DNA of 64,000 bases from a bacterium (lineage in GTDB: Bacteria; Patescibacteriota; Microgenomatia; Curtissbacterales; GWA2-41-24). The notes beneath the pieces were generated by a model, which ran no database searches, was not told where the DNA came from, and saw only the letters and a list, made by a program, of their open reading frames with translations. Made by a program: the position numbers and the translations under genes. This document shows positions 1 to 8,837 of the stretch, one piece after another. Each line of letters begins with the position of its first letter. Position 1 is the stretch's first letter. The DNA lies in assembly GCA_021813945.1 (NCBI GenBank), contig JAKAJD010000001.1, positions 9,744 to 73,743 of the forward strand, given 5' to 3'.

Positions 1-2283
1 CATTTCTTCACAATTGTCGACGAAGCAGACTCAATCTTAATTGATGAGGCCAGGACTCCTCTTATAATTTCCGCTCCATCCCAACAGGCAACAGAAAAAT
101 ATGTGACGTTTGCAAAACTTGTAAACGAACTTTCAAAAGACACGGATTATGTAATAGACGAAAAACTAAAAACGGCAAACCTCACGGAACATGGAATTAC
201 AAAAGTAGAAAAACGCTTGGGTGTTGAAAACCTTTACGAAAAAGATTTTGCATCGATCCACCACATTCAACAAGCACTTCGCGCAAGAACCTTATTTGCA
301 AAAGACAAGGATTACGTTGTTAAAAGCGGAGAAATAGTAATAGTTGACGAATTTACGGGCCGCCTAATGCCAGGCCGCCGCTGGTCCGAAGGATTGCATC
401 AAGCGATTGAAGCAAAAGAAGGCGTCAATATCCAAAAAGAATCCCAAACCCTGGCGACAATTTCATTTCAAAATTATTTTAGGCTTTACGAAAAAATTGG
501 TGGCATGACCGGGACTGCTGCAACAGAAGCGGAGGAATTTTTCAAAATTTACAAACTCGACGTTGTTGTTATTCCCACAAACAAACCTACCATCAGAAAA
601 GATTCCGCCGATGTCGTTTACAAAACTGCCAAAGCCAAATTTACTGCCGTTGCCAACGACGTTTCCGAAAAACATACAAATGGCCAGCCGGTTTTAATTG
701 GTACAACATCTATTGAAAAGAACGAGTTTTTGGCAGGTCTTCTTAAAAGAAAGGGAATTCCCTATCAAATGTTAAACGCCAAAAACCACCAAAGGGAAGC
801 CGAAATTATCTCGGCCGCGGGCATTAAAGGCTCGGTAACGCTAGCGACAAACATTGCCGGCCGCGGTGTTGACATCATCTTAGGCGGGACTCCGCCAACC
901 GACAAACTAGGCCGCCCGATTACAAAGGGAAATGAATATGAAAAATGGAAGAAAAACCATGAAGAAGTCATAAAACTTGGCGGTCTTCATGTCGTCGGTA
1001 CGGAAAGGCACGAAGCCAGAAGAATCGACAACCAGCTCAGAGGCCGATCCGGAAGACAGGGCGATCCGGGGTCCAGCCGCTTTTACGTATCTCTGGAAGA
1101 CGACATTATGCGCCTTTTTGGCGGTGAACAAATTTCAAAGATAATGACGGCTTTCAAATTACCGGAAGATACTCCAATTGAGCACACCATGGTTTCAAAA
1201 GCCATTGAAAATGCCCAGGTTAAAGTTGAAAGCCATAACTTCGACATCCGAAAACAGTTAGTAGAGTATGACGACGTAGCCAACCGCCAAAGGGAAATCA
1301 TCTACGGTAAAAGAAGAGAATTTTTGGAAATGGCTCAAAACCAGGAATCTCAGGAGAAAGTTAAAGACCAGATTAAAGATAAAATCGATGCCGAAATTGA
1401 AAATTTAGTGCTGATGCATTCACCTGAAGGTGCGTCAAAACCTCAGCATGAAGAAATAGTAAAGGAGCTGTCGACAATAATTCCTTTCGACGACACATCG
1501 CAAGGCCATCTTCTATCCGACGCTCAGAAAATTTCCGATCCACAAAAATTGACAAGTTTTTTTAAAGAGGTAGTTGATAAAACCTACAGCGAACGCGAAA
1601 AATCACTTGGAAACGTAGTTGCCAGAGATATTGAAAAATTTGTTAATCTTTCCGTTATCGACACTTTATGGATTCAGCATTTGGATACCCTGGACGATTT
1701 AAGGGAGGGTATTGGTCTTCGAGCTGCGGGCCAACGCGATCCGCTTGTCGAATATAAGCAGGAAGCGTTTAGTTTGTTTGAAAAGCTTGTCGCCAGTATT
1801 GATTATGAAGTTGTCCACAGACTTTTTAAGGTCCAAGTACGCGAACAGCCAACAATAGAACAGGTAGAGGAAAGGGGCGTCGAAGTACATCCCCAAGCAA
1901 CTTTAACATCAACGTCAGCCGAATCGTCAGCCTCTTCTAGCGATAAAAACCCAATGGAAATGTCAGATGCCGAATTAGACGCCGAAATTGCCAAGCTCGA
2001 AAAACAGAGTACACATCAACAGTCAACAAATAATGTCCAGTTTACAAAAGACCCTAACGAAATGTCGGACGACGAATTAGATGCAGAAATTGCAAGACTG
2101 GAAGCTCTCGAGTCAAAAGGCCAGTCCCTGGCAAGTATTGCCGAAAATCCAATGGAGCAAGCCCTAAAGAAAAACCATCCTCTTCGAGTTGAAAAAATAG
2201 GCCGTAACGACCCTTGCCCTTGTGGCTCAGGCCTAAAATGGAAAAAATGCGGCCTAATCGGTGCCCCAGAACATAAAAACTAG
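1..2283 (+). CDS. secA: Preprotein translocase subunit SecA, 5'-truncated at the window edge, with a C-terminal Zn-binding tail
   Basis: The reading frame is open from position 1 ([26 protein letters not shown]), so the N-terminus lies upstream of the window. It carries the DEAD-like motor motif and the C-terminal [13 protein letters not shown] zinc finger typical of SecA. Confidence 0.9.
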   Translation, partial: HFFTIVDEADSILIDEARTPLIISAPSQQATEKYVTFAKLVNELSKDTDYVIDEKLKTANLTEHGITKVEKRLGVENLYEKDFASIHHIQQALRARTLFAKDKDYVVKSGEIVIVDEFTGRLMPGRRWSEGLHQAIEAKEGVNIQKESQTLATISFQNYFRLYEKIGGMTGTAATEAEEFFKIYKLDVVVIPTNKPTIRKDSADVVYKTAKAKFTAVANDVSEKHTNGQPVLIGTTSIEKNEFLAGLLKRKGIPYQMLNAKNHQREAEIISAAGIKGSVTLATNIAGRGVDIILGGTPPTDKLGRPITKGNEYEKWKKNHEEVIKLGGLHVVGTERHEARRIDNQLRGRSGRQGDPGSSRFYVSLEDDIMRLFGGEQISKIMTAFKLPEDTPIEHTMVSKAIENAQVKVESHNFDIRKQLVEYDDVANRQREIIYGKRREFLEMAQNQESQEKVKDQIKDKIDAEIENLVLMHSPEGASKPQHEEIVKELSTIIPFDDTSQGHLLSDAQKISDPQKLTSFFKEVVDKTYSEREKSLGNVVARDIEKFVNLSVIDTLWIQHLDTLDDLREGIGLRAAGQRDPLVEYKQEAFSLFEKLVASIDYEVVHRLFKVQVREQPTIEQVEERGVEVHPQATLTSTSAESSASSSDKNPMEMSDAELDAEIAKLEKQSTHQQSTNNVQFTKDPNEMSDDELDAEIARLEALESKGQSLASIAENPMEQALKKNHPLRVEKIGRNDPCPCGSGLKWKKCGLIGAPEHKN

Positions 2284-2306
2284 CTGCTCTAAGATATAAT
2301 TCACCT

Positions 2307-3383
2307 ATGGAAATAAATCAGAAAATAGACGATCTAAAAAGCCGTTTTGTGCAAATCACTGCAAACTTCAACCGCGAGGAAAAACAAAAGGAGGTCAAAG
2401 ATCTCCAAAACCAATCAGCAGAGCCCGGTTTTTGGCTGGATCAACAATCAGCTCAAAAAACGATGAAGCGAATTGCAACTCTCACAAATGATCTTCAAAC
2501 TTTCGAAAACCTTTCGAAAGAACTTGAAGATCTGGCGGGAATGGTAAATCTGGTCCAAACTGACCCGTCACTTCAGCTTGAGATCGAGAAGGAACTAAAA
2601 AAAGCCGAAAAAGAGGTAGAAAGTTTGGAAATAAAAATGTTTTTGTCCGCTCCATACGATGCCAACTACGCTATTCTTTCAATCCATGCGGGCCAAGGAG
2701 GAACAGAAGCTATGGATTGGGTGGAAATGCTCTCCCGAATGTATCAGAAGTTTTTTTCCTCAAAGGGCTGGGATTTCGAAGTCATTAACGAAATTCCTGG
2801 GGAAGAAGCCGGTTTTAAAACCGTCACAATTGTCATTCACGAAGATTATGCATACGGACTCCTGCGCCGTGAAGCCGGTGTACATCGGCTAGTTCGCCAA
2901 TCCCCTTTTAATGCGGCCAACCTTCGCCAGACATCCTTTGCACTTGTCGAAGTTGTCCCAGAAGTCGACGATATGCCAGAAATAGAAGTGAAACCTGACG
3001 ACATTGAATTTGAAGCGTTCCGCTCCGGAGGCCACGGCGGCCAAAACGTTAATAAAGTCTCAACAGCGGTTCGTCTCAAACACAAGCCAACAGGAATAGT
3101 CGTCACTTGCCAAACTCAGCGTTATCAAGCACAAAACAGAGAAAACGCCCTCAAGCTTTTAAAAGCCAAATTGTGGGCACTTAAGCAATCAGAACAAAAA
3201 GAAAAAGAAGCAGAAATAAAAGGCAGCCATATTACCCCCGGTTGGGGAAATCAAATACGCTCTTACGTTCTTCACCCGTATAAAATGGTAAAAGACCTAC
3301 GTACAAACTACGAAACCTCAGATGCAACAGCAGTTTTGGATGGCGATTTAGAAGAATTTGTTAAAAAAGAGATCTCGCTTTAA
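2307..3383 (+). CDS. prfB: Peptide chain release factor 2
   Basis: GGQ motif ([12 protein letters not shown]) and the SPF tripeptide (RQSPFNAAN) that distinguishes RF2 from RF1. The 358-aa ORF is uninterrupted, with no in-frame UGA frameshift site. Confidence 0.9.
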   Translation: MEINQKIDDLKSRFVQITANFNREEKQKEVKDLQNQSAEPGFWLDQQSAQKTMKRIATLTNDLQTFENLSKELEDLAGMVNLVQTDPSLQLEIEKELKKAEKEVESLEIKMFLSAPYDANYAILSIHAGQGGTEAMDWVEMLSRMYQKFFSSKGWDFEVINEIPGEEAGFKTVTIVIHEDYAYGLLRREAGVHRLVRQSPFNAANLRQTSFALVEVVPEVDDMPEIEVKPDDIEFEAFRSGGHGGQNVNKVSTAVRLKHKPTGIVVTCQTQRYQAQNRENALKLLKAKLWALKQSEQKEKEAEIKGSHITPGWGNQIRSYVLHPYKMVKDLRTNYETSDATAVLDGDLEEFVKKEISL

Positions 3384-3432
3384 ATAAGTCTTGCCCATTT
3401 TTAAATTATGCTGATATAATACCTTCAACTTA

Positions 3433-3915
3433 ATGGATCCACAAACTCTACCAAACCAACCTATTCAAGAACGCCAAACGATACCTTTAAAAAGCAAATC
3501 AAAAGGAGGAATAATTTCCAAGCTTGTACCGCTGATTGTCGTAGTCGTAATTGTGGCTGTGGGAGTTTTTTCGGGACTTATTCTTTCATCTAGAAACAAA
3601 TCGAGTCAAAAAATAGCCTCTTCGGCTTTGCAAAACCAAAAAGATTTACCTCCCGAAGTGCAAAAATCTTTTAACCAGACTTTTAAAGACCAAGCAGAAG
3701 GGGTTATTCAAAAAAATGACCAATTCGACAAATACGCTCAAGGCACCCACAAACTGATAAGGCCCGGCGGAGAAAGCCAAACAGCGTACCTTACCTCATC
3801 AGTTTTAGATCTTAACGAGTTCAATGGTAAAAAAGTTAAAGTTTACGGGGAAACTTTTGGCTCCTCTCAAGTTGGCTGGCTTATGGACGTTGGAAAAGTA
3901 GAAGTAGAGCAGTAA
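3433..3915 (+). CDS. Hypothetical bitopic membrane protein with a basic N-tail, one TM helix (LVPLIVVVVIVAVGVFSGLIL) and an extracytoplasmic domain
   Basis: 160-aa ORF preceded by a TTGCCC-18-TATAAT promoter-like sequence at 3394-3423. No recognisable family; it sits directly upstream of ftsEX. Confidence 0.5.
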   Translation: MDPQTLPNQPIQERQTIPLKSKSKGGIISKLVPLIVVVVIVAVGVFSGLILSSRNKSSQKIASSALQNQKDLPPEVQKSFNQTFKDQAEGVIQKNDQFDKYAQGTHKLIRPGGESQTAYLTSSVLDLNEFNGKKVKVYGETFGSSQVGWLMDVGKVEVEQ

Positions 3916-3931
3916 AAAAAGGCACTGCCCC

Positions 3932-4618
3932 ATGATAGAATTTATATCTGTTACCAAAAAATATCCTAATGGCGCACTTGCGCTAGATGACATTAACCTA
4001 AAAATTGCCGATGGCGAGTTCATCTTCATAGTTGGGCCATCCGGTGCGGGCAAATCGACCCTTTTAAAGCTAATCACCAGAGAAACATCACCAACGTCCG
4101 GAACCATACTATTAAATGAGGAAGATATTTTAAAAATTCCGAAAAACAAAATACCGGTTCTTAGAAGAAGAATCGGGACAGTTTTTCAAGATTTTAAGCT
4201 GCTTCTGACAAAAACAGTATTCGAAAATGTCGCTGTACCTCTCGAGGTTTTAGGTTATAAAGAATCAGAAATAGAGAAACAAGTTTCCGAAGCATTAGAT
4301 AAAGTAGGCCTGCTGGAAAAAGCGAACAGCTTCCCGCTTCAGCTTTCGGGGGGAGAAGTTCAAAGAACCTCAATTGCAAGGGCGATAATTTCAAAACCGC
4401 AAGTACTTTTGGCAGACGAGCCAACAGGTGATTTGGATCCTAAAAATTCCCTGGAAGTGGTAAGTCTTATTGAGAAAATAAACAAGGAAGACAAAACAAC
4501 AATTTTGATGGCAACGCACAATGCTCAAATAGTTAATCATTTCAAAAAGCGTGTAGTAAATCTTAAAAAGGGTAAAATAGAATCGGACGTTAAGGAGGGC
4601 AGATATGAAGCAGCCTAA
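3932..4618 (+). CDS. ftsE: Cell division ATP-binding protein FtsE (ABC ATPase)
   Basis: Walker A GPSGAGKST, ABC signature LSGGEVQRTSIARA, Walker B LLADEPTG. It is immediately followed by ftsX. Confidence 0.9.
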   Translation: MIEFISVTKKYPNGALALDDINLKIADGEFIFIVGPSGAGKSTLLKLITRETSPTSGTILLNEEDILKIPKNKIPVLRRRIGTVFQDFKLLLTKTVFENVAVPLEVLGYKESEIEKQVSEALDKVGLLEKANSFPLQLSGGEVQRTSIARAIISKPQVLLADEPTGDLDPKNSLEVVSLIEKINKEDKTTILMATHNAQIVNHFKKRVVNLKKGKIESDVKEGRYEAA

Positions 4619-5477
4619 AGAAGCTATAAAGCTTATAAGAAGAAGTCCGTATCAAGCTCTTGCGGCAGCCTTGGCAATGTCATTAACGTTTTTTGTCTCA
4701 TCCGTTTTTATTTTACTCATAATAGGAGGCCAGATAGTTTTAAATTACATCGAGCAACGGCCTCAAGTTATTGCTTTTTTCAAAGATAACGCGACTCAAT
4801 CCCAGATAGCGGATTTAACTTCAAAAGTCCAAGCAACCGGCCTGACAACAAGCATCAAATTCGTTTCAAAAGAAGAAGCTTTGGCGATCTATAGAGAGCG
4901 AAACAAAAATGACCCTTTGCTTTTAGAATCCGTAACTGCGGATTTTCTGCCTGCGTCAATTGATATCTCTGTTAAAAAAGCTCAAGATATTCAAACGATA
5001 ACGAGCATGGTTCAACAAGACTCGCAAGTTGAAAGAGTCATTACCCCCCAAAACTTAGTTGACCAGCTGGTAAAGTGGACCAAAACCATACGAGTTGGAG
5101 GAATTGTTTTTGTCTCCACACTGTTGGCCGTATCCTTCCTTATAGTAATAATGGTTATCGGCATGAGAATTGCCATACGTCGCGACGAAATAGTCATCAT
5201 GAACCTAGTCGGTGCGACCAAATGGTATATCTCAAGGCCATTTTTTATAGAAGGCGCAATTTATGGTGTTGTTGGCGCCACTGTCGCCACATTTTTTGTC
5301 TACTCACTCCTTCTCTTTTACTCACCGAATATTCAACAATTTTTAGGTCCAATTCAAATTTTCCCAATATCGCCCTTATTTTTTGTGTATTTATGGATTG
5401 CAGAAGTTCTTGCAGCCGTTTCAATTGGCGTAGTTGGGGCAGCCATAGCCCTTTTCAGGTACTTAAGGATCGAATGA
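4605..5477 (+). CDS. ftsX: Cell division permease FtsX
   Basis: Four-TM topology with a large first extracytoplasmic loop. Its start overlaps the ftsE stop, and the order ftsE-ftsX is conserved. Confidence 0.8.
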   Translation: MKQPKEAIKLIRRSPYQALAAALAMSLTFFVSSVFILLIIGGQIVLNYIEQRPQVIAFFKDNATQSQIADLTSKVQATGLTTSIKFVSKEEALAIYRERNKNDPLLLESVTADFLPASIDISVKKAQDIQTITSMVQQDSQVERVITPQNLVDQLVKWTKTIRVGGIVFVSTLLAVSFLIVIMVIGMRIAIRRDEIVIMNLVGATKWYISRPFFIEGAIYGVVGATVATFFVYSLLLFYSPNIQQFLGPIQIFPISPLFFVYLWIAEVLAAVSIGVVGAAIALFRYLRIE

Positions 5478-6667
5478 GAAGATTTTTAATCTTAATCGTT
5501 CTGCCTGTCATATTTTTTGCGCTCAGCTCACAAAAAGTTTTTTCAACAGAGCTTAGCGATTGTGACAAGGACAGTATTCCCCAGGACAAAGTTGGTGAAT
5601 GTTTAGAGATTCTTTCTAAAAAGGTCAGTGAGTTGGGAAATCAAAAAAAGACCCTTTCAAACCAAATCTCCCAGTTTAACAGTCAAATTCAAATAACCCA
5701 ACTCAAAATTGCTAATGCGGAAGCAACCCTTTCCAAACTAGAAGACGAAATTAATGTTTTGGGCTTTAGAATTGGTTATGTTACAGGTTCTATCGACAAA
5801 CTTGAAACGCTTGTGAAAGAAAGGATAGTTGCAACTTATCAGGAAAGCTTCGTTTCAAACTTAGAACTAGTGCTTTCATCAAACGGCTTTTCAGATATAG
5901 TCCTAAGGTTGCAGTACCTCAAACAGGTCCAGGAAAACGATAAGCGTATCCTTGCAAGCTTGCAGCAAACAAAATCAAATTACGCAAACCAAAAAGATGA
6001 AAGGCAAGAAAAACAAGCAGAAATAGAAGCCACAAAACAGCAACTTTTAGGCCTAAAAACCAGCCTTGATTCCCAAAAAGCCGAAAAACAGGCGTTTTTA
6101 GAAGTCACCCAAAACGACGAAGCAAAATATCAACGTCTCCTGGCACAAGCTCAAGCAGAACTTGCAGTAGCCTTCGGTGGGGGAACCGAATCATATCTTC
6201 GGGATGTTAATGTTGGTGATTCAATTGGCTCTATTGCAGTAAGATCAGCAAGCCCAGGCTGTTCAAGTGGAGCCCACCTTCATTTTGAGGTACACAAAAA
6301 TGGCTCCATTCAGGATCCTAATAATTATCTAAGTTCACACAGTTTCAGCTACAGTTATTCGCCCGACCAGTACTCTGTCTACGGCACAATAAATCCTCAT
6401 GGAGACTTACCATGGCCACTAAATGACCCCATCATGATTAATCAGGGATTTGGTACTTCCCACAGTTACGCTTCTTTTTACGGCTCGTCAGGTCATACCG
6501 GGATTGATATGGAATCCTCAGATTACACGGTAAAAGCAGTCAAAAAAGGCAAACTGTATGCAGGTGCCTTTTCTTGTGGAGGGGCATATCCCGGAACTCT
6601 TTATTATTCCAGGGTCAAAAGCGACGATGGAATCGACGTCCTTTATCTTCACATGATTCCCAGGTAA
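5474..6667 (+). CDS. Secreted coiled-coil M23 (LytM-type) metallopeptidase, EnvC/PcsB-like FtsEX partner
   Basis: The start MRRFLILIVLPVIFFALSS is a signal peptide, and its ATG overlaps the ftsX stop (ATGA). A long coiled coil follows (QISQFNSQIQITQLKIANAEATLSKLEDEI...), then M23 motifs HLHFEV and GHTGID. The longer tracked ORF 5075..6667 is an upstream out-of-frame extension over ftsX and is rejected. Confidence 0.8.
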   Translation: MRRFLILIVLPVIFFALSSQKVFSTELSDCDKDSIPQDKVGECLEILSKKVSELGNQKKTLSNQISQFNSQIQITQLKIANAEATLSKLEDEINVLGFRIGYVTGSIDKLETLVKERIVATYQESFVSNLELVLSSNGFSDIVLRLQYLKQVQENDKRILASLQQTKSNYANQKDERQEKQAEIEATKQQLLGLKTSLDSQKAEKQAFLEVTQNDEAKYQRLLAQAQAELAVAFGGGTESYLRDVNVGDSIGSIAVRSASPGCSSGAHLHFEVHKNGSIQDPNNYLSSHSFSYSYSPDQYSVYGTINPHGDLPWPLNDPIMINQGFGTSHSYASFYGSSGHTGIDMESSDYTVKAVKKGKLYAGAFSCGGAYPGTLYYSRVKSDDGIDVLYLHMIPR

Positions 6668-6708
6668 ACATTGACACCACAGTTCAAAAACCATATTTTA
6701 AATATGAG

Positions 6709-7539
6709 GTGAAAAAGCTTTTACTGCTGGTTTTTTTTCTTTTACTCTTGCCCAAAAATGTTAATGCGTCCGATGTAAAACTCAATGAAGTGATGGCAAA
6801 CCCTTCATCGGGTCAGAATGAATGGGTGGAGATTTACGCTCCAGGTACAACCAATTTAGATGGTTATTACCTCCAAGATAAAAACGATCATGACAACAAC
6901 AAGACCACAAAAACATTAAATAGTGCTCAACACTGTGGGGATTATTTCGTTTACGAATATTCAGGAGATGGATGGCTTAATAACACTTCAGACGAATCTC
7001 TTTTTCTGTACGACAATAATAATAACTTAGTAGATTCTCACGAAAATTGGCAAGCAGCTCCTGAAGGAAAAACTGTCGGGCGTATCCCTAATGGTTCTGG
7101 TGAATGGAAACAGACGAAAGAACCGACTAAATGTAACCCGAATATCGAAGATACCTCTACGCCAACTCCTGGCCCAACATCAGATCCGGGATCTACAGCA
7201 ACCTCAACTCCGACACCTACTCCAACTCCCAAAGCTTCTCCAACCCCCACGCCAAAAGTTACGCCCAAACCATCAGCAACTCCTAAAAGCGGGTCCCCAA
7301 GCGCCAGCCCTGCTGTACTTGGCGATCAAACACAATCACTAATCGCCTCAGGTGCGGGCCTTCTTGATACCAGCACTCAAGCCCAAGACGGGTTCCAAAA
7401 AGGTCCCAGTAAGCTGGTTGCTGGAATCCTTGTCATCTCTGGTACAGGCCTTATTCTCCTTGCACTCGGCTTTCACTTTTGGTACCGCAAAATCAACAAA
7501 GGCAAAATTCTCGAAACAAAAGACCCATTCCAGCTTTGA
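6709..7539 (+). CDS. Surface protein with a signal peptide, a lamin-tail domain (LTD), a Pro/Thr-rich linker and a C-terminal TM anchor
   Basis: The probable GTG start at 6709 gives MKKLLLLVFFLLLLPKNVNA; the tracked ORF from 6574 has no in-frame ATG after the upstream stop. The LTD signature is LNEVMANPSSGQNEWVEIYAPG...LYDNNNNLVDS. The linker is PTPTPTPKASPTPTPKVTPKPSATPK, and the C-terminal helix is LVAGILVISGTGLILLALGFHFWYRKINKGK. Confidence 0.6.
   Translation: MKKLLLLVFFLLLLPKNVNASDVKLNEVMANPSSGQNEWVEIYAPGTTNLDGYYLQDKNDHDNNKTTKTLNSAQHCGDYFVYEYSGDGWLNNTSDESLFLYDNNNNLVDSHENWQAAPEGKTVGRIPNGSGEWKQTKEPTKCNPNIEDTSTPTPGPTSDPGSTATSTPTPTPTPKASPTPTPKVTPKPSATPKSGSPSASPAVLGDQTQSLIASGAGLLDTSTQAQDGFQKGPSKLVAGILVISGTGLILLALGFHFWYRKINKGKILETKDPFQL
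7156..7318 (+). repeat. Low-complexity Pro/Thr/Ser-rich coding repeat (ACNCCN-type codon repeats) inside the LTD protein
   Basis: Repeated acncca/actccn units encode TPTPGPTSDPGSTATSTPTPTPTPKASPTPTPKVTPKPSATPKSGSPSASP. Confidence 0.6.
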
Positions 7540-7560
7540 TTGTGTTAAGATTCCCAAACA

Positions 7561-7989
7561 ATGCAAATAAAATCTAAATCACCTAAAGAAACACAAAAAC
7601 TTGGTCAAGAATTGGCAAAAAAACTAATTGGCGGTGAAGTCATAGCCTTATTCGGTGATCTGGGATCGGGAAAAACCATTTTTGTCCAAGGTTTGGCAAA
7701 AGGCCTAGGTATTAAGCGCAAAGTTACATCTCCAACATTTGTTTTTATGAGGCAGTACCCTTTTTCTATAAAAAAATTCCCCATGACTTTTTATCATTTA
7801 GACTTATATAGAGGTCAAAACGATCAGGATTTCGAAGCATTAGGTCTTGAAGAAATTTTTGCGCCGGATACTATAGTTGTTTTAGAATGGGCCGAAAAAA
7901 TAAAAAAAGAACTACCCAAAAAGCGCATAGAAATAAAGATCGAAAAAGTAAATGACAAAACAAGAAGAATCTCTATCGCAGGAAATTGA
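7561..7989 (+). CDS. tsaE: tRNA threonylcarbamoyladenosine (t6A) biosynthesis ATPase TsaE (YjeE)
   Basis: P-loop GDLGSGKT followed by VTSPTFVFMRQY, typical of the TsaE/YjeE family. It is adjacent to tsaC and a tsaB-like gene. Confidence 0.8.
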   Translation: MQIKSKSPKETQKLGQELAKKLIGGEVIALFGDLGSGKTIFVQGLAKGLGIKRKVTSPTFVFMRQYPFSIKKFPMTFYHLDLYRGQNDQDFEALGLEEIFAPDTIVVLEWAEKIKKELPKKRIEIKIEKVNDKTRRISIAGN

Positions 7990-8518
7990 AAAAGCCGTTG
8001 AGGTTTTAAAAAAGGGTGGGGTTATAATTTTCCCGACAGATACGGTTTATGGAATGGGTTGTCGTTTCGACAATAAAAGTGCGATAGCAAGAATTAGAAA
8101 TATAAAAGGTTCCAATCAAGAATTCCCGCTTCTCATCTCAAACATCGACCAGTCCCACCATATTGTCAAAATAAATGACGTTGCCAAAAACCTAGCGCAA
8201 AGATTTTGGCCGGGAGGCTTAACCATAATCGTCGAAAAAGCATCTGGTTTAGGGAAAATTGGAATCAGAATTCCAAGCCATAAAATTCCACTTACATTAA
8301 TCGAGAAAATTGGAGTTCCCATAATTGGCACATCGGCAAATTTCCACGGCCAAAAATCGCCAACCTCATACGAAGATTTAGACAAAAGGCTTATTTCGAT
8401 GGTAGATTTTGTTGTTCATGGCGAGTGCGATAAAAAAATCCAATCTACAGTTGTGGATTCAACCACATTGCCAGTAAGAATCCTGAGGAGGGGAGCAGTT
8501 GATGTCAGCAGTTCTTAA
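7952..8518 (+). CDS. tsaC: L-threonylcarbamoyladenylate synthase TsaC (YrdC/Sua5 domain)
   Basis: YrdC motifs GGVIIFPTDTVYGMGC and PSHKIPL. The 188-aa length fits a stand-alone YrdC. Confidence 0.8.
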   Translation: MTKQEESLSQEIEKAVEVLKKGGVIIFPTDTVYGMGCRFDNKSAIARIRNIKGSNQEFPLLISNIDQSHHIVKINDVAKNLAQRFWPGGLTIIVEKASGLGKIGIRIPSHKIPLTLIEKIGVPIIGTSANFHGQKSPTSYEDLDKRLISMVDFVVHGECDKKIQSTVVDSTTLPVRILRRGAVDVSSS

Positions 8519-8831
8519 AATTGACACAACTGAAAGGGAAAAAGTAGTAGTCGAGCTTAGAATTGGCACAAAAGTTAAGGATCAAATTTCCTCAACTCAA
8601 GAAAAAGGTTCGCAAGTTCTCCTGCCAATGATTGTTAAAATCTTAAACAGAAATAATCTAAAGTTCTCGGATATTACATCAGTCGAGGTGAACCCTGGCC
8701 CCGGCTCTTTTACAGGGACAAGAGTTGGCGTATCGGTAGCAAACACGCTTGGGTACGCACTAAATATTCCTGTGAATGGCAAAAAAGGTAAAATAGTAGT
8801 GCCAGTTTACGAAAAAAGTAAATTCGACTGA
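8499..8831 (+). CDS. tsaB: Truncated TsaB-like protein (inactive Kae1 paralog, N-terminal half only)
   Basis: LKIDTTEREKVVVEL and VNPGPGSFTGTRVGVSVANTLGYALNIPVNG match the TsaB/YeaZ N-terminal core (GPGSFTG.R.G...A.gla.....P..g). At 110 aa it is about half the length of canonical TsaB. Confidence 0.55.
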   Translation: MMSAVLKIDTTEREKVVVELRIGTKVKDQISSTQEKGSQVLLPMIVKILNRNNLKFSDITSVEVNPGPGSFTGTRVGVSVANTLGYALNIPVNGKKGKIVVPVYEKSKFD

Positions 8832-8837
8832 ATAAAA

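Noticed and set aside
463-1994. Multiple 60-75 aa minus-strand ORFs inside secA, and similar antisense or alternate-frame ORFs inside other genes (for example 2659..2892, 7038..7268, 19486..19842, 25979..26281, 57348..57638)
   Set aside because: All lie entirely within confidently assigned longer genes on the opposite strand or in another frame. They have low-complexity or nonsense composition and no start-site support.
3384-3432. TTGCCC-18-TATAAT promoter-like element upstream of ORF 3433
   Set aside because: Plausible, but AT-rich intergenic DNA yields many such matches. It is mentioned in the feature evidence and not listed as a separate feature.
5075-6667. Long 530-aa ORF implying an M23 protein with a 133-aa N-terminal extension
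   Set aside because: The extension overlaps ftsX in another frame and is Cys/His/Arg-rich nonsense. The internal Met at 5474 gives a proper signal peptide and an ATGA overlap with the ftsX stop.
6574-6708. Upstream extension of the LTD protein ORF (MWRGISRNSLLFQGQKRRW...)
   Set aside because: It overlaps the end of the M23 gene, is not hydrophobic and has no in-frame ATG after the upstream stop. The GTG at 6709 yields a classic signal peptide.
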